From positions 10,445 to 74,444 of the forward strand of contig JALHPE010000003.1 in the NCBI GenBank assembly GCA_022842645.1: a stretch of 64,000 nucleotides of DNA, written 5' to 3'. The position numbers were made by a program, and so were the translations under genes. The notes under the pieces are model-generated. The model had not been told where the DNA came from, searched no databases, and was given only the letters and a program-made list of their open reading frames with translations. Position 1 is the stretch's first letter, and every line of letters starts with the position of its first letter. Positions 35,569 through 45,060 of this stretch are shown here, piece after piece. The stretch comes from Minisyncoccota bacterium. GTDB taxonomy: Bacteria; Patescibacteriota; Minisyncoccia; Phycocordibacterales; UBA2100.

Positions 35569-36138
35569 TCAGATCGTGCGTCTCTCCATCCACTCATCGA
35601 GAACCTTATCGATTGTTTTCCAAGTTACGCGCGGCATATCGACGGTGCGATTATATGGCTGGTCGTAGAGGATATGCGTCCATTCTTGTGCCCATATGCC
35701 GGAGACCGACGGAGAATCATCGATAAGAATATCGCCCTTAACGAAGGTCTTATCCCGTGTGAGTATGATCTTGCCGGTCCAATCTCTGCCCAGATGTTTT
35801 TCAACCCATTCGTATTTTTCAGGAACGCAAAACTGCCATTCCCACGTCGGAGCAGTTACGATCTGTACATGAGTCACTTGGTCCGCTAGCCGCTCGAGCC
35901 CCTCTCGCGCTCCTTCAATGAGCGGTAAATCTCGAAAGAATCCTTCCTGAAGACGGAGCGATTTTATCTTTTTCTGATCGTCGTACGGAAAGTTATATTC
36001 AAGGTTGAATTCAGCAAGAGTGTTGCGGTCGGGTAATTTTATTTCGGGATACTGTTTCGCGATCGCTTGGTAGAAACCGGCAAGCTGATCCGCAATCACG
36101 TTGTCGAGATCAACAAGGGCTATGAATGGTTTTTTCAT
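35569..36138 (-). CDS. HAD-family 5'(3')-deoxyribonucleotidase-like protein
   Basis: 189 aa. N-terminal FIALVDLDNVIAD HAD motif I and NT5C-like overall pattern. Confidence 0.6.
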   Translation of the reverse strand: MKKPFIALVDLDNVIADQLAGFYQAIAKQYPEIKLPDRNTLAEFNLEYNFPYDDQKKIKSLRLQEGFFRDLPLIEGAREGLERLADQVTHVQIVTAPTWEWQFCVPEKYEWVEKHLGRDWTGKIILTRDKTFVKGDILIDDSPSVSGIWAQEWTHILYDQPYNRTVDMPRVTWKTIDKVLDEWMERRTI

Positions 36139-37064
36139 ACATGCGTTTCGGTCTCCTTTTTCCTTCTCTGGCGTTCAAGCACTTCTTCGAAGTTGGAATA
36201 AACGCCTTCGTGAACCTCTGGACGGCTCATGACCGCCCCTGTAGCCATAAGTTCGTATGCGAGCTTAGGGATGTCAGCGCCCGAACGAATCGTTATGCCC
36301 ATGCCGCCAGATCCACGCGCATTTATCTCAGTCAACTTGTATCCTTCAGAGCCTCGCATGAACTGGAAATTAACGGGACCGACAAATATCAAGCGCTGTG
36401 CGAGGTCTTCGATCACCTTGATGAGCATTTCGTCTCGAAACACGCGTCCAGACACGCTGATTCCTTGATCGATCACGACGCGTATTCTCGGAACGGCGAC
36501 AACGAGTTTCCCGTCGAAATCAAACATCGCGTCCACGGATACTTCCGGGTTTTGGAGCAGTTCCTGAAATACATACGTTTCTTCAGGGATATCGCTCAAC
36601 TCCGCCGCATTAGTTACGACTTTCGTCCCTTTTCCGCCCCTGCCTATCGCAGGTTTCGCGAAGATCGGAAACGCATTAATTTCATTTTTCTTATAACGTT
36701 CTGGCAAGTGATCAGCGGCAATTTCATACATTCTATCCTTATTTGAGGTAAAGGAAATCGTTTTGAATGGTGACACCAGTACTCTACATCCGATGTCGCC
36801 TGCGCGTTCGCTGAGGAGGCACATTTCTTCGTCGACCGTCGGAATTATGCAATCTATGCGCTCGTCGTTGATGATGCGTTTCAGGATGTCGAGATATGTC
36901 GGGTCCGTCGCAAACGGCACGATATGGAATGAGCCGACGAGCGATTTTCCGATCGTATCTTCTTCGGCGCTTGTGCCCACCAGGTGAGCGCCATCGATCT
37001 GCGAGAGTGATTTGGCGAAACAAATGCCTGATGGTCCCCCGACAGCTGTAAGTAAGATTTTCAT
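36135..37064 (-). CDS. ATP-grasp domain protein
   Basis: 309 aa. MKILLTAVGGPSG pre-ATP-grasp start and central ATP-grasp fold. 4-bp overlap with the downstream gene. Confidence 0.6.
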   Translation of the reverse strand: MKILLTAVGGPSGICFAKSLSQIDGAHLVGTSAEEDTIGKSLVGSFHIVPFATDPTYLDILKRIINDERIDCIIPTVDEEMCLLSERAGDIGCRVLVSPFKTISFTSNKDRMYEIAADHLPERYKKNEINAFPIFAKPAIGRGGKGTKVVTNAAELSDIPEETYVFQELLQNPEVSVDAMFDFDGKLVVAVPRIRVVIDQGISVSGRVFRDEMLIKVIEDLAQRLIFVGPVNFQFMRGSEGYKLTEINARGSGGMGITIRSGADIPKLAYELMATGAVMSRPEVHEGVYSNFEEVLERQRRKKETETHV

Positions 37065-37154
37065 AGAGGTGATTATTGAGAGTAACGAATCTCTATGCGC
37101 ATATGCAGCATAGAAAACCGTGCCAGAAACGAGTCTGGCACGATAGAAATACCT

Positions 37155-37529
37155 CTAGTTGAGGAAGGTCGTTTTCAGATCGAGCGGCAAAGGCGCTGGG
37201 ACGTGATTGATTGCAGGGTGCACTGGAGTCGCATCCCGATAAGGCGGAGGGGCTGTAAGAGCGAGATTTGATACAACAGAAACTACCAAGGGCTGCTTTA
37301 TGAGCTGGAATTTTGGGACGATGGGAGTCGGAGAATGAGCCTCTATATATGTCGGCGGACTGTCATGGTCTTCGCCAGAATGCGGAAGAGTATCGTGATG
37401 TGATGCGTAGGAACCCGCCGTATCTGCTGATGCCACTAAGGCGAAATGATGCCCAGAAACCACAAGAGTACCCATTAACAAAACGCCAGCTATAAATCGG
37501 CTCACTTTTAATCCGGAAAGCACCTTCAT
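37155..37529 (-). CDS. hypothetical secreted protein
   Basis: 124 aa, N-terminal signal-like segment, Pro-rich. Confidence 0.3.
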   Translation of the reverse strand: MKVLSGLKVSRFIAGVLLMGTLVVSGHHFALVASADTAGSYASHHDTLPHSGEDHDSPPTYIEAHSPTPIVPKFQLIKQPLVVSVVSNLALTAPPPYRDATPVHPAINHVPAPLPLDLKTTFLN

Positions 37530-37665
37530 ACGCGACAGGCTACCAGAGAGCGACTGAAAGACAAGTGAACGAATGATTTACACCACTATGTGTAAAGTTG
37601 CCAACACCTGGGGTCTCTCGGACGCTCTGGACTCTTGGAGGGGTCTGCGTCATCCCTTGTGGTGT

Positions 37666-38991
37666 ATGAATACATATATAAGGCCCGTGGACAGCATTAG
37701 CAGGCAGGCTGTCCAAGCGCCCGTGAGAGTGAAGTACTGCCTGTATGCAAGAAAAAGCACAGAAAGCGAGGAGCGGCAGGTTTTGAGTATCGACAGCCAA
37801 ATCAAGGAGATGCTCCAGCTTGCGGATCGCGAGGGATTGGAGGTAGTCGAGCTTAAGAGAGAATCGCACTCAGCAAAGGAGACCGGCACGCGGCCGGTCT
37901 TCAATGAGATCGTCGAAGAACTGCGAGCTGGGAAGTACAATGGTATTCTGACATGGGCACCGGACCGTATTAGTAGGAACGCGGGCGACTTGGGCAAGAT
38001 CGTCGATCTCATGGACGCAGGTGGGTTGCAAGAAATTCGCACCTACAGCCAGAGCTTCAGGAACAACCCGAACGAGAAGTTCCTTTTGATGATTCTCGGT
38101 TCGCAAGCCAAGCTCGAAAATGACAACCGAGGTGTCAACGTAAAGCGCGGTCTTCGAACGCGCTGCGAGATGGGACTACGGCCGGGTGTTGCGCCAACGG
38201 GTTACTTCAACGAGAAGCTCGCCGAAAAGAAATGTCACGCGGTCATTGACCCCGTACGCGCACCGATCATCAAGCAGATGTTCGAGAAAGTAGCGAATGA
38301 CAAATGGTCGGGACGCAAGGTGCACCATTGGCTCAAGTTCGACCTTAACTTCAAGAGCAAAGGTAACAAGAATCTCTCGCTCGGTAACATCTACATCATT
38401 CTGCAGAACCCCTTCTACTACGGTACCTTCGAATACCCCGAAAAGAGTGGCAACTGGTATGAGGGCAAACATGAGCCGCTCATCACCAAAGAACTCTACG
38501 ACGCGGTACAGGCGCAACTCAAGCGTGACCACATCGTGCGCTCTGATATCAAGGAGTTCGCATTTACGAAACTCATGACCTGTGGCTCATGCCAATCGGG
38601 CGTCACCGCCGATGAGAAATTCAAGAAGCTGAAGGATGGTACATCAAACCGCTATGTGTACTACGGCTGCACGCGGCACAAGGACAAAGCTTGCAAGAAC
38701 GGGTATGTGCGCGAAGAAGAACTCATTACCCAAATGGTTAAAATCATGGATGAGGTTGATTTTAACAAGATAGCCATGCGGGAGAAGTTCGAGGCAGAGG
38801 TGGAACGACTGCGGAAGTTCCAGCACAGCTTCCTACATACGAAAGATACGAAGCCGGAAAAAGACATCGATCTCTGCGCATATGCGAAATACATCCTCAA
38901 GGACGGCAGCTTAACGGAGAAACGGGAACTCCTGCTGTGCATCAAGAGCAAACTCACGCTTACGAACGGGGTGCTGACGTTGGAGAAGTAA
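37666..38991 (+). CDS. large serine recombinase (integrase/resolvase family)
   Basis: Resolvase catalytic domain VKYCLYARKSTESEERQVLSIDSQ (Ser nucleophile) ...DRISRN, then recombinase domain and zinc-ribbon (TCGSCQSG...YYGCTRH), about 440-470 aa. Ends 87 bp from the 3' end of tRNA-Ser. Confidence 0.85.
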   Translation: MNTYIRPVDSISRQAVQAPVRVKYCLYARKSTESEERQVLSIDSQIKEMLQLADREGLEVVELKRESHSAKETGTRPVFNEIVEELRAGKYNGILTWAPDRISRNAGDLGKIVDLMDAGGLQEIRTYSQSFRNNPNEKFLLMILGSQAKLENDNRGVNVKRGLRTRCEMGLRPGVAPTGYFNEKLAEKKCHAVIDPVRAPIIKQMFEKVANDKWSGRKVHHWLKFDLNFKSKGNKNLSLGNIYIILQNPFYYGTFEYPEKSGNWYEGKHEPLITKELYDAVQAQLKRDHIVRSDIKEFAFTKLMTCGSCQSGVTADEKFKKLKDGTSNRYVYYGCTRHKDKACKNGYVREEELITQMVKIMDEVDFNKIAMREKFEAEVERLRKFQHSFLHTKDTKPEKDIDLCAYAKYILKDGSLTEKRELLLCIKSKLTLTNGVLTLEK

Positions 38992-39077
38992 TCGAGCAGA
39001 ATTCAAAAAGTTCGAATCCTTTTAGGGTTCGGACATATTTAGGGGAAACGGTCGCTAAACACCGTCGCCCTAGACTG

Positions 39078-39166
39078 CGGAGAGGGAGGGATTCGAACCC
39101 TCGAGACAGTTTGACCCGCCTAACACGTTAGCACCGTGCCGCTTTCGACCACTCAGCCACCTCTCC
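39078..39166 (-). tRNA. tRNA-Ser (anticodon GCU)
   Basis: Manual fold: acceptor GGAGAGG/CCTCTCC, 3-bp D-stem with GG loop, anticodon stem GCACG/CGTGT, loop GTGCTAA (U33, anticodon GCT, A37), long variable arm, T-arm GAGGG-TTCGAAT-CCCTC, discriminator G. CCA not encoded. Confidence 0.8.
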
Positions 39167-39204
39167 GTGTAGTCGATAGACTATCATGAAATGTCGGGTG
39201 CGCG

Positions 39205-39543
39205 CTACGGCAACACCTTCTGTATAAACCATGAAATCACCGAGAGCACGACAACACCAAGAAGTGCAGGGATAAATCCGGCAACATCAAATCCTGGCAC
39301 AATCCACTCCATCGCCCAAAAGAGAAGCGCATTGAGCACAAATGAAAAAAGTCCAAGTGTAATTATGGTGAGCGGAAGCGTGAGAATCTGGAGGATGGGG
39401 CGAATGACCGTAATCACGACCGACCACACAAGGCTCACAAGAAGGAGCGTCATCCATCCTCCAGAAACCGAAATGCCCGGAACAATATTGACCGTAAGAT
39501 AGACTGCCGCAGCTGTCGCAAGAATACGCAAGGCGAAGTTCAT
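39205..39543 (-). CDS. phage-holin family 4 (DUF360-like) membrane protein
   Basis: 112 aa, four TM helices, GWM..LL...W.VI..I.P.L..LTLPL pattern typical of holin_4_2/YvlD-like proteins. Confidence 0.5.
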   Translation of the reverse strand: MNFALRILATAAAVYLTVNIVPGISVSGGWMTLLLVSLVWSVVITVIRPILQILTLPLTIITLGLFSFVLNALLFWAMEWIVPGFDVAGFIPALLGVVVLSVISWFIQKVLP

Positions 39544-39832
39544 GCGTGCAGTATGACAAAGAAAAAACCCTGCGCAACCAGGGTTTTTTCTTGCGACTCG
39601 AGAGGCTATAGTGCCTCCTCTTCTTCCACTACAGGGTGGTCGCCACCTTCTTCATCGTCGGTCTCCTCTGCCACTTCATCAATGGCACTTGGATCTATCA
39701 CCGCGTCATCATGATCATCGCTCATGCTCAAATCCGCTTATTTATAAACATCGCTATCGTACCGGGTTTTACGCATTCCATGCAAGTGGACATAGGCTCG
39801 AAACCTGTGCATAACTTTTTCGTGCTCGCACA

Positions 39833-42025
39833 GTGCGTCTCGCCCGCTACAATGGAGACATGCATGTAAACGACGAGCTTTCGCGACATTTCCGTCTCAT
39901 AGCACCGCAAACAAGTGCGCTCCGTCGTCTTGGCATCCGCACAGTGCGCGACCTTCTCTATCACTTCCCATCACGATTCGAACACGCTGGAGCTTCAAGC
40001 ACGACACGCACACTCGCCCCCGGCACAAAAGTAACCCTTGTGGGCGAGCTCGGAAAACTTGAAGCAAAAAAACTTTGGAAAAGCAGGAGGGCCGCAACGG
40101 AAGGATTGTTTTCGGATGCATACGGCAAAGTGAAAGTGACGTGGTTCAACCAACCTTACATCGCCAAAATGGCGCCTCAGGGAACGCTCATCAAACTCTC
40201 GGGGACGGTTGGTGGCTCCGCCGAACGCCCCTACATCTCGAACCCTGAAATCGTCGTGCTCCCCGCAGGCACTGTCGTTGAGGAAGGTATGTTCGAAAAA
40301 TCTAACCCCTTGAACCTAGAACCTAGAACCTTATTCCCCATCTACCCCGAGACTCGCGGCATTACTTCTAAGTGGTTCTTTCATGCTCTAAAGCGTGTCT
40401 TTAGTGAGCATGCCCATACCGAAATTCCCGATCCGCTACCGTCGGATATTCGCGCACGATATAACCTACCCGATCTTGCAACAGCGCTCATATGGGTGCA
40501 TACACCTGAGGAAGAAAAACACGCCATCGCGGCACGCAAACGTTTCGCCTTTGAGGAAATTTTTGCGATCCACATTGCGCGCGCGCAGGAACGCGCAGAA
40601 AATACTACACTTCCGTCGTTTCGTCTTGAGGGTGCAGACGCACATGCACAGCGCTTCCTCGACGCAACCCCTTTCGCACCCACGAACGCTCAGCGCCGCG
40701 CGACAGAAGAGATGACGGCGGACATGCAAAAGCCCTACCCCGGCGCGAGACTCTTGGAGGGCGATGTTGGATCAGGAAAAACTCTTGTTGCCGCGGCATG
40801 TGCCTATGCGGTAGTACACACACGTCCACCAGGGCGCACTTCGGGCACTCTCCAAGTTGCCTACATGGCACCCACAGAAATTCTTGCTACACAGCACTTT
40901 AATTCATTCATTGAATACTTTCGTGAACTCCCCATTTCGATTGCGCTCATCACGGGCTCAGGATGCAAAAAATTCCCGTCAAAAGCGCGTAAAGGAGAAG
41001 CCACCGACATTTCCCGCACACAGCTTTTGAAATGGGTCAAAAACGGAGAAATCGCGATGGTCGTCGGCACGCACGCCCTCATCCAAAAATCGGTCGAATT
41101 CCAACATCTGGCACTGTGTATCGTCGATGAACAGCACCGCTTCGGCACGAAACAACGTCGCGCACTCGCAAGAAAAGGAGACCTCACTCCTCACTTTCTT
41201 TCGATGACCGCGACGCCGATACCGCGCACGCTTGCACTCACGATCTATGGCGACCTCGATCTCTCGGTCTTGGACGAACTTCCGCCAGGACGTGCACAGG
41301 TGAAAACTGAACTCGTGCTTCCGAATGCGCGCGCACGTGCCTATGAAAAAATACGAACGGAACTGGAGCATGGTAGGCAGGCGTATGTCATCTGCCCACG
41401 TATCGACGAGCCCGATCCAGCAAAAATAAATGCCATCCAAGCAAAGAGCGTGAAAGCAGAGGCGGTGCGCATCAAGAAAGAAGTGTTTCCTGATTATGAA
41501 ATTGGCGTGCTACATGGCGCGCTCAAGCCTAGCGAGAAAGATCGTGTCCTTGCACGCTTCGCGCGTGGAGAGATCCACATCCTCGTTGCCACTTCTGTTG
41601 TTGAAGTCGGCATCAACGTCCCGAACGCGACTGTAATTTTGATCGAGGGTGCAGAGCGTTTCGGCCTTGCACAACTGCACCAGCTTCGCGGACGCGTACA
41701 ACGCTCGACTCATCAACCATTTTGCTTCCTGTTGCCGGAGACGCGCGGCACGCAGGCGCTCCAGCGCCTGCGTGCGCTTGAAAAAAGTTCCGACGGCTTC
41801 GCGCTCGCCGAGCGCGATCTTGAGCTCCGTGGTGCAGGAGATCTCTACGGCGGGCGTCAGTGGGGCATGTCAGACCTTGGCATGGAGGCTCTGCAAAATG
41901 CACGCCTTATCTCAGCAGCACGTGCTGAAGCGCGGGTGCTCATCGAAAAAGATCCAGCACTCACAACGTACCCAGCGCTCAAGGAGCGCATGGAGCGCGC
42001 CGGAGGCGCGCTCCATGCCGAATGA
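39833..42025 (+). CDS. recG: ATP-dependent DNA helicase RecG
   Basis: 730 aa. N-terminal wedge domain, helicase motif I LEGDVGSGKTLVA, motif II DEQHRFG, C-terminal helicase domain and TRG-like region. Confidence 0.9.
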   Translation: MRLARYNGDMHVNDELSRHFRLIAPQTSALRRLGIRTVRDLLYHFPSRFEHAGASSTTRTLAPGTKVTLVGELGKLEAKKLWKSRRAATEGLFSDAYGKVKVTWFNQPYIAKMAPQGTLIKLSGTVGGSAERPYISNPEIVVLPAGTVVEEGMFEKSNPLNLEPRTLFPIYPETRGITSKWFFHALKRVFSEHAHTEIPDPLPSDIRARYNLPDLATALIWVHTPEEEKHAIAARKRFAFEEIFAIHIARAQERAENTTLPSFRLEGADAHAQRFLDATPFAPTNAQRRATEEMTADMQKPYPGARLLEGDVGSGKTLVAAACAYAVVHTRPPGRTSGTLQVAYMAPTEILATQHFNSFIEYFRELPISIALITGSGCKKFPSKARKGEATDISRTQLLKWVKNGEIAMVVGTHALIQKSVEFQHLALCIVDEQHRFGTKQRRALARKGDLTPHFLSMTATPIPRTLALTIYGDLDLSVLDELPPGRAQVKTELVLPNARARAYEKIRTELEHGRQAYVICPRIDEPDPAKINAIQAKSVKAEAVRIKKEVFPDYEIGVLHGALKPSEKDRVLARFARGEIHILVATSVVEVGINVPNATVILIEGAERFGLAQLHQLRGRVQRSTHQPFCFLLPETRGTQALQRLRALEKSSDGFALAERDLELRGAGDLYGGRQWGMSDLGMEALQNARLISAARAEARVLIEKDPALTTYPALKERMERAGGALHAE

Positions 42026-42098
42026 TCGAAAATATACGTTTTATTGGAAGTCGCGAATACCCCGCTCCTTCGAGCAGAAGTCGACGAAGCGGACGTTT

Positions 42099-43436
42099 TT
42101 ATTGAACGATTGTCACCGCCGCCGTGTCGATAAAATTAAGTGACGCGCCACGTTTCAGAGTTATCGTATACGAGCCTGCATTTTGATATGTGCGCGTAAA
42201 TTCACGCGAAACCACACCAGAAGAACACGACCCTTCCGCCTGCGTAACAGGCGACGAACCATCACCCCAATTCAGTTCATACCGCGAACACGAAGACGCA
42301 ATATCGAATCGCGCACGCACGGTAAACGGATTGCTATTCACGCCACCTTCGACCGCAAATGCGCCACCGGTTGTGGAAGCGCCATTTCCAACACCAACGG
42401 TGACAGACGCTACATTAACAGCCGGAGAACCGCGGTAGAGACGCGCAACATAGGTGCCACTGGTCGAATATGTGTGAGGAACTTGGAATGCACTTGCGGT
42501 GCATCCTGAGAGTGCAATAGAGGCGCTTTGTCCGTCGCCAAAATCAATACGATACGGCCCTGCATTACATTGCCCCGAAGCATTCACCGTGCCTGAGAAT
42601 GTAACAACAAGGGGCACGGCGCCTGTAGTTGGCGATGCATTCAGCGTGTCTGAGCTCGGTGTTGGCGTTCCGCTTCCCTGCGTAACGTTCACCGTTGCAG
42701 AAACCTGATGGGTCCCCGCACGCAAAAGCACTTGATACGTACCCCCTCTTTGATAGACATGTGGAAATACTTGATTAAGCTCCGAACAACGATTCGCGGG
42801 TACGTTTACCGAGGCTGGTGCAGTGCCATCGCCAAAATCAATTTGATAAATTTGTGCAGCACATGAACGCGCAGTGTTTACAGTGGCGTCTACCGACACA
42901 TTCAGCGGAGAAACACCCGCCGTTGGCGTAACTTTTATAAATCCACTGACTTGTCCGGTAGTCCCACTACCGCTTCCCGCACCATCCGGACACTGTAGGG
43001 CAAGAATCGCAGCGGTACGCGGTCCTGTCACGCCATATCCGGTGGAAGCCGCATCCCCATCACAGACGATTTTATTTTTACATTGGAATCGTTTTACGGC
43101 GGCTTCCGTGAGTCCACCGTAATAGCCTGAGACTTGCGCTTCTGGGTACACACTCGGATCAAGCGCCAAAAATTGCTGGAGTCGGGTCACATCCGCGCCC
43201 GAATCCCCCATCTTTAAGACACGACTCACGCGCGGGCACGTGCCCGCCGGGGCAACTGTGCCACCACTCGGAGTGGTCACAACGCCGCCTGGCGTTGCCC
43301 CAATTTGTCCCTGGAGTGCTTGTATCTTCGCGAGAAGATCGTTGATTTGAACTCGAAGCTCATCGGCGGTCAGTGCGGTTGCGGCAAACGGGAAGAGTAA
43401 TAAGCCAACAACAGAAATCTGCAAAGTGCGTATCAT
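42099..43436 (-). CDS. secreted protein with peptidoglycan-binding domain and PKD-like repeats
   Basis: Signal peptide, coiled-coil, PG_binding_1-like MGDSGADVTRLQQFLAL...GGLTEAAVKRFQ, then three repeats containing (I/L)xFGDG (PKD-like). Confidence 0.55.
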   Translation of the reverse strand: MIRTLQISVVGLLLFPFAATALTADELRVQINDLLAKIQALQGQIGATPGGVVTTPSGGTVAPAGTCPRVSRVLKMGDSGADVTRLQQFLALDPSVYPEAQVSGYYGGLTEAAVKRFQCKNKIVCDGDAASTGYGVTGPRTAAILALQCPDGAGSGSGTTGQVSGFIKVTPTAGVSPLNVSVDATVNTARSCAAQIYQIDFGDGTAPASVNVPANRCSELNQVFPHVYQRGGTYQVLLRAGTHQVSATVNVTQGSGTPTPSSDTLNASPTTGAVPLVVTFSGTVNASGQCNAGPYRIDFGDGQSASIALSGCTASAFQVPHTYSTSGTYVARLYRGSPAVNVASVTVGVGNGASTTGGAFAVEGGVNSNPFTVRARFDIASSCSRYELNWGDGSSPVTQAEGSCSSGVVSREFTRTYQNAGSYTITLKRGASLNFIDTAAVTIVQ

Positions 43437-43478
43437 GCACTCATTCTCGCACGAGAGAGATACCTCGCAAGACCCAAT

Positions 43479-43817
43479 TCACAGTTTGAAAAATGCACGT
43501 GTCTCAGCTACATCCTGCGCAATCATACGCCTCAGCTCCTCTTCGCTTTGAAATGTTGCATCTTCGCGTATTTTTTTCAAAAGCCGAATCTCAATCTCAC
43601 GTCCGTACAAATCCTCCGCAAAATCCAAGATATGTGCCTCAAGAAGCCCACGTCTCTGGTCGGCATATACGGCTGCAGAATATGTTTTCCCTTCTACAAC
43701 AACCTCACCCGCAAAAATGCCGGAAAGCGTTGCGTCCGAAAGCGGAATATTCGCCGTCGGAAACCCAATCCGCGCCCCTTCGCCCGAACTTTTCTGCACA
43801 ATACCAGAGTACTTCAT
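43479..43817 (-). CDS. riboflavin kinase domain protein (stand-alone flavokinase)
   Basis: 112 aa. GIVQKSSGEGARIGFPTANIPL matches the RFK PTAN motif region. Confidence 0.7.
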   Translation of the reverse strand: MKYSGIVQKSSGEGARIGFPTANIPLSDATLSGIFAGEVVVEGKTYSAAVYADQRRGLLEAHILDFAEDLYGREIEIRLLKKIREDATFQSEEELRRMIAQDVAETRAFFKL

Positions 43818-44281
43818 GAAAGCTCGCGAAGCGCGGCAAGTGCGTACGCGCGCGTCGTGGGGTAGATATCCGCTTCCTCCAATTCTTCCTTAGTGAGCCA
43901 TCGTGTCTCGACACCATCTTCAGGTCGTAACGTGCCGCCAACAACTTTTCCGAAATATGTGAAATCGATGTGCTCATGCGTCTCATTGAACGCATGTCGA
44001 TTAAGGAATTTTGGTGGGAGGATGTCGCTGCTTTCATTTTTCAATTCTGGGAGTTGCGAACCTCCGATAAGCTCGATATCAAATCCAGTCTCTTCTTTGA
44101 CTTCTCGAATTGCCGCCTCGAGCGGTCCTTCGTCGAGCTCGATGTGCCCTCCTGGTTGCAACCATTTCCCAAGCTTCTTGTGCAGATGCAAAAACACTTT
44201 GCCCTCGTGCACGATAAATACGCTCGCAGTGAAGTCTATTTTTTCGTGGATGTGTGCCATGAAGTATTTTAGTACGCCCAC
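43814..44281 (-). CDS. Nudix hydrolase
   Basis: Nudix box GGHIELDEGPLEAAIREVKEETG. 4-bp overlap with the downstream gene. Confidence 0.8.
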   Translation of the reverse strand: MGVLKYFMAHIHEKIDFTASVFIVHEGKVFLHLHKKLGKWLQPGGHIELDEGPLEAAIREVKEETGFDIELIGGSQLPELKNESSDILPPKFLNRHAFNETHEHIDFTYFGKVVGGTLRPEDGVETRWLTKEELEEADIYPTTRAYALAALRELS

Positions 44282-44345
44282 TAGGAATCGAACCTAGGTA
44301 CACCGTGTATAAGACGATTGCTCTACCATTGAGCTATGGGCGCAT
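44276..44345 (-). tRNA. tRNA with anticodon UAU (Ile-type)
   Basis: Manual fold: acceptor GCGCCCA/TGGGCGT (G1-U72 wobble), D-arm GCTC-AATGGTA-GAGC, anticodon stem ATCGT/ACGGT, loop CTTATAC (anticodon TAT), T-arm CTAGG-TTCGATT-CCTAG. CCA not encoded. Confidence 0.6.
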
Positions 44346-44999
44346 ATGGCACTCACGTATGTACTTGAGTGCACCTGTAATGTACTCCCACATTGGAACA
44401 TTATCAAAGATGAGGTCGCAGGTACCATGTCCATGTCCGTGCTTACGAGTGAGACCCGTCAATCGAGACTCTTTGATGGCAGGTTTTCTAAAATAACGCA
44501 CGGGAACATTCAATATCTTAGACCAAAATCGTGTCTCAGATGCAATGCTCATGTCTTTGTACAGTTGCAGCCGGATGCGAATTTTATCCTTGGGCACACC
44601 AGCAACCACCAGCCACTGCAAGAACGCTTTGATAACAGCCGGATCGGTGTTTGCAATCTCGCTCCTTCCTCGTGCAGATTTAGTTCCCTCTGCCCAATAA
44701 AGATATATTCCCGCGATAAAAAGATCTCTACGGGAAAGTCTACCAATCTCTTTTCGAGCTTTTTCATACGCAACTGCCATTGTCTTCTCTCTTTTAGTAC
44801 GCATCGTTTTCCTAAAGTTCTCGATACGTCGTGGATTCAGATCACGAACTTCCCGCATTTGTTCAGCTGAGAGCGGCATGTCTTTCAACCAGCCATTGAG
44901 TGTGCTTTTACTCGCCCCAAGCATCTTACCAATTTCAGAATAACTTCTTCCCTCCGACCGCAAAATGCGCGCCTTTTCCCTATCGATAAATCGAGTCAT
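44334..44999 (-). CDS. HTH-domain protein with possible LAGLIDADG-like endonuclease region
   Basis: 221 aa. N-terminal SYSEIGKMLGASKSTLNGWL helix-turn-helix. Central FIAGIYLYWAEGTKS weakly resembles a single LAGLIDADG motif. The 3' end overlaps the tRNA by 12 nt. Confidence 0.3.
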   Translation of the reverse strand: MTRFIDREKARILRSEGRSYSEIGKMLGASKSTLNGWLKDMPLSAEQMREVRDLNPRRIENFRKTMRTKREKTMAVAYEKARKEIGRLSRRDLFIAGIYLYWAEGTKSARGRSEIANTDPAVIKAFLQWLVVAGVPKDKIRIRLQLYKDMSIASETRFWSKILNVPVRYFRKPAIKESRLTGLTRKHGHGHGTCDLIFDNVPMWEYITGALKYIRECHMRP

Positions 45000-45060
45000 A
45001 ATCCGAACCTCTAAATACTACCATGAATAAGTGGTTATGGAGGTTCTATATTGTGGACAG

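Noticed and set aside
39611-39869. Small ORFs in the 290-bp gap between the holin-family gene and recG
   Set aside because: His/Arg-rich low-complexity translations with no start context. The region more likely holds the recG promoter.
44079-44303. 74-aa minus-strand ORF overlapping the Nudix gene and tRNA
   Set aside because: Arg-rich alternative-frame artefact of the Nudix coding region.
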